The position numbers and the translations under genes were made by a program. A stretch of DNA of 64,000 nt from a candidate division WOR-3 bacterium (GTDB taxonomy: Bacteria > Hydrothermota > Tepidihabitantia > SM23-42 > JAOAFX01). A model generated the notes under the pieces. The model was not told where the DNA came from, ran no database searches, and worked only from the letters and a program-made list of their open reading frames with translations. Within the stretch, counting starts at the first letter, position 1, and every line of letters starts with the position of its first letter. The stretch lies in assembly GCA_039802265.1 (NCBI GenBank), contig JBDRWI010000002.1:1-64000 (forward strand), given 5' to 3'. Below, piece after piece: positions 52,247 through 61,251 of this stretch.

Positions 52247-52688
52247 TATAAAATTCCTCCAGGGTCTTTGCCCTTAATATTTTGTGGTAGGGAATTAATA
52301 CCTCACCGGATTTCAAAGCCAGAAGCACGCCGTCATTTCTTGCTTCTCTAATATGTCCGCAGACGCGGTTATCGCTTAAGACGACTTCAATAAATTTACC
52401 CAATGCCCACTTAAAGTGCTCAGGCCGGCTGAGAGGTCTTTCAATGCCCGGAGAAGAAACCTCCAGGGTATAGGGGAAGTCTATGAGATTGTTATTATCT
52501 AACTCCCGCGAAATTGCATTACTTACCGTTTCACAATCTTTAATTGTTACCGCGGAATCCTTTCGGTCAATAATGATGCGCAGTGTCTTTGAAACTTTAT
52601 TAAACTGGATGTCATAGAGTCGTAGATTCATATCACTCAGGATCAAGTTCACTTTTTCAGTTATCAAATCTAAATTCATTTCATCCAT
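52230..52688 (-). CDS. rimP: Ribosome maturation factor RimP
   Basis: DCETVS, YTLEVSSPGIERPL. Confidence 0.95.
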   Translation of the reverse strand: MDEMNLDLITEKVNLILSDMNLRLYDIQFNKVSKTLRIIIDRKDSAVTIKDCETVSNAISRELDNNNLIDFPYTLEVSSPGIERPLSRPEHFKWALGKFIEVVLSDNRVCGHIREARNDGVLLALKSGEVLIPYHKILRAKTLEEFYNGKRR

Positions 52689-54393
52689 TTATCCTCGCAA
52701 GTAAAGTCTCTTTTAATTTTATGCAGGTCTCCGCAACTGTCTCTTTTTTTATCTCAAATGTCTCACCCGTTTCTCGTAAATAGATATCAAACAGACCTTT
52801 CTTTAATCCTTTACTCCCAATAGTAAGGCGCATAGGAATACCTAAAAGGTCTGCGTCATTAAACTTTATACCGGCTGAATTATCCCGGTCATCAATGATA
52901 ATTGAAAGATTATTTTTTGTCAAGGTCTCTATAATTTCTTGGGCAATCTGCCTTGTTTCAACAGGGTTGAGCAAAACGAGATAAATGTCATAAGGAGCAA
53001 TTGAAATTGGCCACACTGCACCCCTCTCGTCCCCTTTCTGTTCAATTGCACAAGCCATAATTCGTTCAAGCCCAATGCCATAACTGCCCATTACTATCGG
53101 TCTTTCCTTTCCATTCACATCAGAAAAATATGCACCCATACTCACCGAATATTTTGTTCCCAATTTGAAGATATGGCCGAGTTCAAGACAATTCTCCAAT
53201 CGCAATTGAGCACCACATTTAATACAACGGTCGGTTGTCTTTACCAGGCGGAGATTATAAAAATTATCTACCTTTATATCACGCTCCAAATTCAATCCTG
53301 AGATGTGAAAGTCATTTTCGTTTGCACCGGTGATCATTCCCTTTGTGCCTTTTAATAAATCATCAGCTATTATTACTACATCCTTTACGCCATAGGGACC
53401 AATATAACCCGGTTCAGCCCCAAAATATCTCTTTATTTCGTCGCTGGAGGCGGGTTGATATTCTCTACCAATTATCTTGCCGAGTGTCTCTATATTTATT
53501 TCATAATCACCCCTGATTAAAATGAGAATCGGATTCTTACCCTGGGCAGTAAAGAACATACTCTTGACCAGTCGCTCTGCTGGAACATTTAGAAACTGGG
53601 TTACCTCCTCAACGGTTCTTATAGCCGGGGTTGGAATCTTTTCAATCACGGCATCAGGAAATGTTCGATAGTCTCCTGTTCCCTGTGCTACCGTAAGGTT
53701 TGCACGATAATCGCATTTTTCGCAAAGGACAATCGTGTCTTCACCATTTTCAACCGGTGCCATAAATTCCTTTGACTCACCGGTTCCCATAAGCCCACCG
53801 GAGGCATCAACAATGATAAATTTCAAACCACAACGTTTGAAAATTCTTGAGTACGCATCCTTATGTAAGTTAAAACTTTTATCAAGTCCTGCTTCGTCTA
53901 CATCAAGGCTATAGGAGTCTTTCATGATAAACTGACGAGAGCGGATAACGCCAAACCTTGGTCTTGGTTCGTCCCGAAATTTAGTCTGGATTTGATACCA
54001 GATCTGGGGCAGGTCTCGATAGGAACGAATCTTGGAGCGTGCAATCTGGGTGATAATCTCTTCATGGGTAGGGCAGAGGCAGTATTCGCGATTCTTCCTA
54101 TCTTTCAGTCTAAACATATCCGCCCCAAAATCGGTCCATCTACCTGATTCCTCCCAGACTTCTCTGGGCGAAATTGCCGGCATAAGCATTTCCTGTGCCC
54201 CGATACGGTCAAGTTCTTCCCTTATAATATTGGCGATTTTTAATAAAATCCGCCAGCCAAGAGGAAGATAAGTATGGATTCCGGAGGCATGCTGCTTAAT
54301 AAAACCGCCACGTAAAAGTATCCGGTGGCTTTTGCTCTCGGCATCCTTCGGGTCTTCCCTTAAGGTCTCAATCAGTGCCTTAGAAAATATCAT
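52681..54393 (-). CDS. proS: Proline--tRNA ligase (bacterial type, with editing domain)
   Basis: TLREDP..SH, CPTHEE, QIQTKFRDEPRPRFG, ELGHIFKLGTKYS, MGSYGIGLER; promoter geometry favours ATG 54393. Confidence 0.96.
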   Translation of the reverse strand: MIFSKALIETLREDPKDAESKSHRILLRGGFIKQHASGIHTYLPLGWRILLKIANIIREELDRIGAQEMLMPAISPREVWEESGRWTDFGADMFRLKDRKNREYCLCPTHEEIITQIARSKIRSYRDLPQIWYQIQTKFRDEPRPRFGVIRSRQFIMKDSYSLDVDEAGLDKSFNLHKDAYSRIFKRCGLKFIIVDASGGLMGTGESKEFMAPVENGEDTIVLCEKCDYRANLTVAQGTGDYRTFPDAVIEKIPTPAIRTVEEVTQFLNVPAERLVKSMFFTAQGKNPILILIRGDYEINIETLGKIIGREYQPASSDEIKRYFGAEPGYIGPYGVKDVVIIADDLLKGTKGMITGANENDFHISGLNLERDIKVDNFYNLRLVKTTDRCIKCGAQLRLENCLELGHIFKLGTKYSVSMGAYFSDVNGKERPIVMGSYGIGLERIMACAIEQKGDERGAVWPISIAPYDIYLVLLNPVETRQIAQEIIETLTKNNLSIIIDDRDNSAGIKFNDADLLGIPMRLTIGSKGLKKGLFDIYLRETGETFEIKKETVAETCIKLKETLLARING

Positions 54394-54458
54394 AACCATA
54401 AATATAACATAATTTTTCAAAAAAGTCAACTAAAAAATTAATTTCCTGCCGTTTCAAA

Positions 54459-54644
54459 GTGAAAAATGTATCCTTCTCAAAATTGGGTGCATCAAACTAC
54501 AGGATAATTGGTTTAAAAGTACCTGTAAAGGATTTTAGAGCAATTTTTTGTTTATGGGAAAAAAAGAGGGTTAGAAGAGATAATACCTTTACCTATGAGG
54601 GCAAGGACATCCTGTTGATCAGTGTGCTTACAGGAAAAATGTAG
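54459..54644 (+). pseudogene. Possible transposase C-terminal remnant (ISNCY/IS481-like)
   Basis: DFRAIFCLWEKKRVRRDNTFTYEGK resembles the IFC..E.R.V..DNT..Y.G segment that follows the integrase core in these transposases; no DDE core present. Confidence 0.45.
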
Positions 54645-54763
54645 ATAAGTAATTGAATAGCATAAAGGTACATAATGTCTTGAAATTAAAGGACATTTTA
54701 CCTTTGCAATAAAACCGCCGATTATGTTCATTGACACTGTCCTTTTTTTGACTAAAATATGGA

Positions 54764-55846
54764 GTGTTTTTCTTATTGATTATTTCGGGACTTTCTCCGC
54801 AGAGTGTTGTTGCTAACGACCGACCGAATGACGCCGGTGGTTGTGTTATAATAACATGGGATTCAGTCTCTGATACATCCATAGATGGCTATATAGTCTT
54901 AAGGCAGACACTTCCTGATACCACATTCAAAAGGGTTGGTTTCACGGGCAGGTTAAAGAATGAATTTGAGGATAATAGTGCGGTTGATTCAGAACGCTAT
55001 GTTTACCGGATCGCTACCAAGAAAGGGGAGATGTACTATTATTCACCCCCAAGTAATGTCATTCATTCCTCACCACAATTCTTCCATACCGGCAGATTGA
55101 ATACACTCATTGCGGTAATAATCTTTACCTTCCTTTTAGTCTATTTTGTCCGCCGGGCAAAGAAAGGAGAGAATCTTTTTATTAGAAAGATCAGTGGCAT
55201 TGATGCAGTTGATGAGGCAATTGGCCGGGCTACAGAAATGGGAAGGCCAATTCTATATGTCCCCGGACTGGGCGATATTGATTTTCCTTCAACAATTGCC
55301 TCAATGAATATCCTTGGTGAGGTGGCAAAAAAGGTTGCAATGTATGATATCCCGCTCATTGCCGTGAATTGTTATCCTGTCGTCTTCACCGTTGCCCGTG
55401 AAATTGTCCATGAGGCATTCTTGAATCAGGGTAAGATTGAGAAATATAAAGACGACTATGTCCGTTATCTAACTGAATCTCAGTTTGGTTATGCCGGCGC
55501 GATAAATGGAATAATTCTAAGGGAACGCCCAGCCACCTGTTTCTTTATTGGACCATTCTTTGCTGAGTCATTGCTTATGGCCGAAACCGGCAATCAGATC
55601 GGTGCGGTTCAGATTGCTGGTACCGACCAGGTTCTCCAATTACCATTTTTTGTTACTGCCTGCGATTATACACTGCTCGGTGAAGAAGTCTATGCCGCCT
55701 CTGCCTACCTTTCACGGGAACCCATACTGTTAGGTTCATTAAAGGCACAGGATTTTGGGAAGTTTCTGGTATTGTTAATTCTTGTCTTTCTGACTGTTTT
55801 ATCATTCTTTAATCTGAATCTTTTATCATTTTTGAAGGTGGAATGA
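54764..55846 (+). CDS. Membrane protein with fibronectin-III domain and DUF6754-like domain
   Basis: D.PND.GG..ITW..GYIV.R..FEDN..YVYRI (FN3); TM; IRKISGIDAVDEAIGRATEMGRP..FFAESL..QIAGT..QLPFF..CDYTLLGEE. Confidence 0.7.
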   Translation: MFFLLIISGLSPQSVVANDRPNDAGGCVIITWDSVSDTSIDGYIVLRQTLPDTTFKRVGFTGRLKNEFEDNSAVDSERYVYRIATKKGEMYYYSPPSNVIHSSPQFFHTGRLNTLIAVIIFTFLLVYFVRRAKKGENLFIRKISGIDAVDEAIGRATEMGRPILYVPGLGDIDFPSTIASMNILGEVAKKVAMYDIPLIAVNCYPVVFTVAREIVHEAFLNQGKIEKYKDDYVRYLTESQFGYAGAINGIILRERPATCFFIGPFFAESLLMAETGNQIGAVQIAGTDQVLQLPFFVTACDYTLLGEEVYAASAYLSREPILLGSLKAQDFGKFLVLLILVFLTVLSFFNLNLLSFLKVE

Positions 55847-56466
55847 AACAGCGTCTGCCGTTATTTATTTGCTTGGTTGTGGGACTATTGATGGTCATCC
55901 AGTTTTACATTCCCCACCCGGTCTCTGTTGGATTCAATAGTATTATAAACAAGTGGGTTGTTATTCTCTCCGCATTTGCCCTGGTCTTGGGGATCGGAAA
56001 TTTGGTAAGTCATCATATTAGCAAAATCAAAAAGGCGAAAGCAGACCGATGGTATAGCCTGGTCACCCTTATAAGTATGACCCTGATGGCACTTGTGGGA
56101 CTTGTCTTTGGAATCGGTCCGGATTCGCTTTATCAAAAAATCTTTCTTAATATTCTTACGCCCCTTGGTGCCACGATGTTTGCACTTTTAGCATATTATA
56201 TGGCATCAGCGGCATACCGTGCATTCCGGGTCCGAAATATTGAGGCGAGCATATTATTGGCTTCGGCCTTTGTAGTGATGCTTGGTTTTATGCCCATCGG
56301 TCAGTTCCTCCATCCGTATTTCCCACAAGTTGCCGAGTGGATTATGCGCGTTCCCAATATGGCATCACAACGGGGTATCCTCTTTGGTGTCGCCTTCGGT
56401 TCAATTGCCACCGCATTGAAGATTATATTAGGTATTGAACGCTCTTGGTTGGGAAGCGGGAAATGA
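55843..56466 (+). CDS. Conserved hypothetical polytopic membrane protein
   Basis: About six hydrophobic segments; TMFALLAYYMASAAYRAFR, LGIER; ATGA overlap with the upstream gene. Confidence 0.75.
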   Translation: MKQRLPLFICLVVGLLMVIQFYIPHPVSVGFNSIINKWVVILSAFALVLGIGNLVSHHISKIKKAKADRWYSLVTLISMTLMALVGLVFGIGPDSLYQKIFLNILTPLGATMFALLAYYMASAAYRAFRVRNIEASILLASAFVVMLGFMPIGQFLHPYFPQVAEWIMRVPNMASQRGILFGVAFGSIATALKIILGIERSWLGSGK

Positions 56467-56469
56467 ACG

Positions 56470-57363
56470 GTGAAAATTATGAAGTGGTTTGAGATAGTCT
56501 CCCGTATTGATCGAAGGATAATTTACTCTTTGCTTACAATATTTGTAATTATTCCATTTTTTTTAAAGATTAAAATACCCCAGAACATAATGCCCCAGAC
56601 TGAACGTTTATTCAAATTTATTGAAGGGATTCCACCTAATGATAAGGCGGTAATGCTCTCAATTGACTACACACCCCAGACTATGCCCGAATGTCATCCA
56701 ATGGCAATCGCCCTGCTCAGACACTGCTTCAAAAAGGGGATTCCGGTGCTCGGTGTCTCTTTTGACCCTCAGGCACCTGGTCTGGCAGTGGTTGCATTCA
56801 ATACTGTTGTTGATGAATTCAACCGGCAGGCGGGAAGCAGGAGTGATTCACTAATTTATGGCCGAGACTATGTGTATCTGGGATGGAAGTCAGGCCGGGT
56901 AGCGGCCCTTATTGAAATGGGGGAGGGGATAACCGGAGTCTTTCCGAAGGACTACTTTGATAATGCCACCGATACACTAACCTTATTGAAGCGGATAGTC
57001 AATTATAAGGATATTGCACTGGTGGTTGTGTTGGCGGCAGGAGATTATCCACAAGAATGGATTCTATATGCCCAGACAAGGTATGGGGTTAAAATTGGTG
57101 CCGGACTAACTGCGGTGATGGCACCTAAGTACTATCCATTCCTGCAAACCGGGCAGTTTTCGGGTATGATGTCCGGAATGAAAGGCGCCGCTGAATATGA
57201 GAATTTGCTCGTAAGATATGGTTATGCTACAGAAACGGGTAAGGCGGAGATGGCAATGAATTCCCAGACCCTTGTGCACCTCTTAATAATCTTTCTCATT
57301 GTTATTGGAAATATCGGTTATCTTGCTACAAGAAAAGAATCGGTTAAAAGGTTAAATGGTTAA
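56470..57363 (+). CDS. Conserved hypothetical membrane-anchored protein
   Basis: IDRRIIY plus TM, soluble alpha/beta domain (DY.P..EC.P, YG.DYV.LG), PFLQTGQ..G.KGAAEYE, C-terminal TM ending IGNIGY. Confidence 0.75.
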   Translation: MKIMKWFEIVSRIDRRIIYSLLTIFVIIPFFLKIKIPQNIMPQTERLFKFIEGIPPNDKAVMLSIDYTPQTMPECHPMAIALLRHCFKKGIPVLGVSFDPQAPGLAVVAFNTVVDEFNRQAGSRSDSLIYGRDYVYLGWKSGRVAALIEMGEGITGVFPKDYFDNATDTLTLLKRIVNYKDIALVVVLAAGDYPQEWILYAQTRYGVKIGAGLTAVMAPKYYPFLQTGQFSGMMSGMKGAAEYENLLVRYGYATETGKAEMAMNSQTLVHLLIIFLIVIGNIGYLATRKESVKRLNG

Positions 57364-57435
57364 ATATTCAATTATTCAAAGGGCGTGATATATGACAGAA
57401 AAAGAATTTAACCATTTAACTAATTACCAGTTACC
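57342..57435. repeat. Inverted octamer-repeat element
   Basis: (GGTTAAAW)3 at 57342-57365; perfect 15-bp inverted repeat GTTAAATGGTTAAAT/ATTTAACCATTTAAC at 57351-57365 and 57406-57420. Confidence 0.8.
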
Positions 57436-57438
57436 ATT

Positions 57439-58059
57439 ATGAGCCCTGATCCCTGGGTCTGGATTGGTGCATTTCTGACCTTGATGATATTCTCATTTCT
57501 TTATAAAGACAATCCGCTGTATAAATTCGCCGAACATCTATTTGTTGGGGTAGCAAATGGTTATTACATTGTTTTTTACTGGCATCAGGCGCTCAAGCCC
57601 AATCTCTTGGAACCATTAAAAGAGGGAAACTTTTTATATCTCATTCCCTTATTGCTCGGTCTATTATATTTTACAAAATTTATACCCAAGATTTCCTATC
57701 TTGTTCGCATTCCTATTGGATTTATGATTGGTTGGGGTGCCGGTATATCAATTCCAGCAAATCTACAGGGTTTCATCTTCAAACAACTTGAAGGAACGGT
57801 AATGACCCCTGTTAGTTTTAGGAGAATTGGCGAAGGTATATCATCATTGTTAATCCTTTTGGGTGTTATATGTACAGTTATCTATTTCTTCTTCTCCAAA
57901 GAACATAAAGGAATTCTTAGGATTGCCTCCAGGACCGGGATTATCTTTATTATGATTGGATTTGGCGCATCGTTTGGCTATACGGTTATGGCAAGGGTTA
58001 GCCTTTTAATTGGAAGGATTCAATTTTTGTTTGGTAACTGGCTCTGTATAATTCGTTAA
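57439..58059 (+). CDS. Conserved hypothetical polytopic membrane protein
   Basis: TLMIFSFLYKDNPLYKFAEHLFVG, YFFFS, MIGFGASFGYTVMAR..L.GR..F. Confidence 0.75.
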   Translation: MSPDPWVWIGAFLTLMIFSFLYKDNPLYKFAEHLFVGVANGYYIVFYWHQALKPNLLEPLKEGNFLYLIPLLLGLLYFTKFIPKISYLVRIPIGFMIGWGAGISIPANLQGFIFKQLEGTVMTPVSFRRIGEGISSLLILLGVICTVIYFFFSKEHKGILRIASRTGIIFIMIGFGASFGYTVMARVSLLIGRIQFLFGNWLCIIR

Positions 58060-58073
58060 TTGAAAGGAGTACA

Positions 58074-59267
58074 ATGAAGAGCAAAGAGCATATTAAAATT
58101 ATTAACAGATATAGTGCTAAAAATTATCTACCCCTGCCTGTTGTCTTAAAAAGGGGAAGGGGAGTATGGGTCTGGGATGTTGAGGGAAAGAAATATCTTG
58201 ATATGCTCAGTGCCTACTCAGCATTGAATCAAGGGCATTGCCATCCTAAGATTTTAAGTGCCTTAAATAGGCAGGCTAAAACTTTGACCCTTACATCAAG
58301 GGCATTCCATAATGACCAGTTTGGACCCTTTTTAAAAAAACTCTGTAAGATTACCGGCTACCCGAGGGCTTTACCGATGAACTCAGGAGCTGAGGCAGTG
58401 GAAACCGCGATTAAGGCAGCACGAAAGTGGGGATATTATAAGAAAAAGGTGAAAGAAGATAGGGCAGAGATAATAGTGTGTGAAAACAATTTCCATGGTC
58501 GGACAACGACTATTGTGGGTTTTTCTACTGAAAAACAGTATCGCGCTGGATTTGGTCCTTTTACCCCCGGATTTAAGGTCATTCCCTATAATGACCCTAA
58601 GGCATTAGAGGATGCGATTACCGAGAATACTGTTGGTTTTCTGGTGGAACCAATCCAGGGTGAAGGTGGGGTAATTGTTCCGGATGACGATTATTTAGTG
58701 CATTGTTTCCAAATCTGCAAGAAAAATAATGTTTTATTGATTCTTGATGAAATCCAGACCGGGTTGGGCAGGACCGGCAAATTGTTTGCATATCAATATA
58801 GTGATATAAAACCGGATATATTGATTGTGGGGAAGGCATTGAGTGGTGGATTTTACCCGATTTCGGCAATCTTGGCTGACAATGAAATAATGGATGTCTT
58901 TAAACCCGGAGACCATGGCTCAACATTCGGTGGAAATCCCCTTGCCTGTGCGATTGGGATTGCAGCACTTGATGTAATTATTGAAGAGGGACTTCCTGAA
59001 AATGCCCAAAGACTGGGTGTTTGGTTTTTGAATGAGTTGAAGAAGATAGAAAGTCCAGTGATTAAAGAGGTAAGAGGCAAGGGTTTGTTGATTGGAGTGG
59101 AGTTGCGGGTGAAGGCACGCCGTTTCTGCGAGGAACTATTGGAGAATAGAATTCTTGCCAAGGAGACCCACGAGTATGTGGTTCGTTTTGCCCCACCACT
59201 GGTGATTACAGAAAAAGAATTAATTTGGGCACTCAAAAGGATAAAGAAAGTCTTTCAGGGGTGTTGA
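58074..59267 (+). CDS. rocD: Ornithine--oxo-acid aminotransferase
   Basis: LSAYSALNQGH, LTLTSRAF, PMNSGAEAVE, EPIQGEGG, DEIQTGLGRTG, GKALSGG, HGSTFGGNP. Confidence 0.95.
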   Translation: MKSKEHIKIINRYSAKNYLPLPVVLKRGRGVWVWDVEGKKYLDMLSAYSALNQGHCHPKILSALNRQAKTLTLTSRAFHNDQFGPFLKKLCKITGYPRALPMNSGAEAVETAIKAARKWGYYKKKVKEDRAEIIVCENNFHGRTTTIVGFSTEKQYRAGFGPFTPGFKVIPYNDPKALEDAITENTVGFLVEPIQGEGGVIVPDDDYLVHCFQICKKNNVLLILDEIQTGLGRTGKLFAYQYSDIKPDILIVGKALSGGFYPISAILADNEIMDVFKPGDHGSTFGGNPLACAIGIAALDVIIEEGLPENAQRLGVWFLNELKKIESPVIKEVRGKGLLIGVELRVKARRFCEELLENRILAKETHEYVVRFAPPLVITEKELIWALKRIKKVFQGC

Positions 59268-59300
59268 CAAAGATGTAAAGTCTATTATAATTAGGCATCA

Positions 59301-59405
59301 AAAAGATAGTTTGTGGGTTTGGGTTGAGAAGCTGGTTTTATAGCAAAGGGCAATAAACCATTAACGAAACGAGCATCCTGACCCATAAACTATAAACTAT
59401 CTTTT
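59301..59405 (+). other. Long hairpin in the tRNA-Arg leader (possible ncRNA or repeat element)
   Basis: AAAAGATAGTTTGTGGGTTTGGGT pairs with ACCCATAAACTATAAACTATCTTTT; lies between promoter 59264-59291 and the tRNA. Confidence 0.5.
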
Positions 59406-59406
59406 A

Positions 59407-59480
59407 GCGCCTGTAGCTCAACTGGATAGAGCGACGGACTACGAATCCGTAGGCTGGGTGTTCAAGTCACCCCAGGCGCA
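59407..59480 (+). tRNA. tRNA-Arg(ACG)
   Basis: Acceptor GCGCCTG/CAGGCGC, anticodon arm ACGGA-CTACGAA-TCCGT. Confidence 0.96.
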
Positions 59481-59538
59481 AGTAGATTTTTCTTCTCCCA
59501 TAGGGGGAGGAGGATTTAAGAGATTTAAGGAGGTTTAA

Positions 59539-60171
59539 ATGGTTGAAGGAATGGAAAAAAGATTGAACAGCGGGGAAGTACTGTTTAATGAAGGAGATAA
59601 GGGTGATGTGATGTATCTCATAAAAGAAGGGCAGATAAAGATTACCAAGGGTAGAGGTCCTGATGAGCGGGTTCTGGCAGTATTAAAAGAGGGAGATTTC
59701 TTTGGTGAAATGGCAATAATTGATGGTTCTCCCCGTTCGGCAACCGCGACTGCGGTAGTTCCAACTTCTCTTTTGATAATTGATAAAGAGACATTCAAGG
59801 CAAAGATTCGGGAGAATCCACTCATTGAATATATCTTGGAGACACTCACAAAGAGATTAAGGAATGCTGATGAGCAGATTAAACTCCTTACCATAAAGAG
59901 TGAAGAGCGCCGGGTTGTTGCCTACATCATCACCAAGGCAAAGGAAAGTGGTAAGAGTGTGCCGGAAGGTATTGAAATAGCACCATTCTCTTTTGACCAG
60001 ATGGCTTATACCACCGGAATAGAGGTCAATAAGATAAAGGATTATGTTAATAGACTTGCGCAGGTAAATCTGGTTAATTTGAAGGGAGATGCCCTTATTG
60101 TCAGGGGGATTGCAGACCTGGATGACTATCTACGCTACATTGCCTTGAAGGAGAAGTTTGAGAAACTGTAA
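59539..60171 (+). CDS. Crp/Fnr family cyclic-nucleotide-binding regulator
   Basis: LFNEGD.GD.MYLI..G, GDFFGEMAII..PRSATA; C-terminal HTH-like region; AAGGAGG RBS. Confidence 0.88.
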   Translation: MVEGMEKRLNSGEVLFNEGDKGDVMYLIKEGQIKITKGRGPDERVLAVLKEGDFFGEMAIIDGSPRSATATAVVPTSLLIIDKETFKAKIRENPLIEYILETLTKRLRNADEQIKLLTIKSEERRVVAYIITKAKESGKSVPEGIEIAPFSFDQMAYTTGIEVNKIKDYVNRLAQVNLVNLKGDALIVRGIADLDDYLRYIALKEKFEKL

Positions 60172-60183
60172 TTAAAAATATAT

Positions 60184-61251
60184 ATGGCAGTAGATACAAA
60201 TTCACGAAAGACACTGGAGATAGAATTAGAGAAATTGAGCCATCTGCTTGGTTCTGATAAAATCCTGAAAAATCCCAATGAATATGCGCGCCTCTCGCGA
60301 CAATTTAAAAAGACTCAACAGATCCTCCAGAAATATGAAGCATACGAGCGGATATTAAAGGAGATTAGAGACACTGAAGAGATTTTAAAACAGCCCAATC
60401 CCGAATTGCGAGAACTTGCCGAAATGGAGCTCGCCAATCTGAAAAAAAAACTTGATGAGATTGAATTTCAAATATATCAATTATCAAATCCCCGCTATGA
60501 TGAATATCAGAAGAATTGTATCATTGAGATTCGCGCCGGAGCAGGTGGTGATGAGGCAACCTTATTTGCGGCTGATTTATTCAGGATGTATGTGAAGTAC
60601 CTTGAGAAGAAGGGATTGAAATATGAAGTCCTTTCTTCCCACCCGAGCGAGATAGGTGGTTATAAAGAGATTATCTTTCAGGTATCAGGTGATAGTGCGT
60701 ATGGCACATTTCGCTTTGAAAGCGGTGTGCATCGTGTCCAGCGGATTCCCACCACTGAAGCCAGCGGCAGAATCCATACCTCCACCGTAACCATTGCAGT
60801 CTTACCCGAAATTGAGGAATCGCAGATTTCTATCTCTCCTGATGACCTCAAAATAGACACATTTCGGGCTGGCGGTCACGGAGGGCAGAATGTAAATAAG
60901 GTATCATCTGCGGTTCGGATTACACACCTTCCCACCGGTATTGTCGTTACCTGCCAGGATGAAAGGTCTCAATACCAGAATCGGGAAAAGGCAATGAGAA
61001 TTTTGCGGGCGCGACTTGCTGCAATTGAGAGTGCAAAGAAGGAAGAGGAAATATCACGAAAACGGCGCAACCAGATTGGCACCGGTGAGCGCAGTGAAAA
61101 AATAAGGACCTATAACTTTCCGCAGAATCGCGTGACCGACCATCGAGCAGGAATTACCCTCTACAATTTACAGAATATTATGGATGGAGAGCTTGACCAT
61201 TTAATTGAGGCATTAGTTAAATATGAGAGAGACAGTCAGAGAAATCTGTGA
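60184..61251 (+). CDS. prfA: Peptide chain release factor 1
   Basis: [24 protein letters not shown] (PxT), [24 protein letters not shown]. Confidence 0.96.
   Translation: MAVDTNSRKTLEIELEKLSHLLGSDKILKNPNEYARLSRQFKKTQQILQKYEAYERILKEIRDTEEILKQPNPELRELAEMELANLKKKLDEIEFQIYQLSNPRYDEYQKNCIIEIRAGAGGDEATLFAADLFRMYVKYLEKKGLKYEVLSSHPSEIGGYKEIIFQVSGDSAYGTFRFESGVHRVQRIPTTEASGRIHTSTVTIAVLPEIEESQISISPDDLKIDTFRAGGHGGQNVNKVSSAVRITHLPTGIVVTCQDERSQYQNREKAMRILRARLAAIESAKKEEEISRKRRNQIGTGERSEKIRTYNFPQNRVTDHRAGITLYNLQNIMDGELDHLIEALVKYERDSQRNL

Noticed and set aside
59341..59380. c-di-GMP-I riboswitch or hammerhead ribozyme in the tRNA-Arg leader
   Set aside because: GGGCAA..AACC..GAAA is only partly similar; the GGGACGCAAAGC segment and the CUGANGA core are missing.
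12868..59480. None of the four tRNAs encodes 3' CCA
   Set aside because: Common in many bacteria; it only implies a CCA-adding enzyme.
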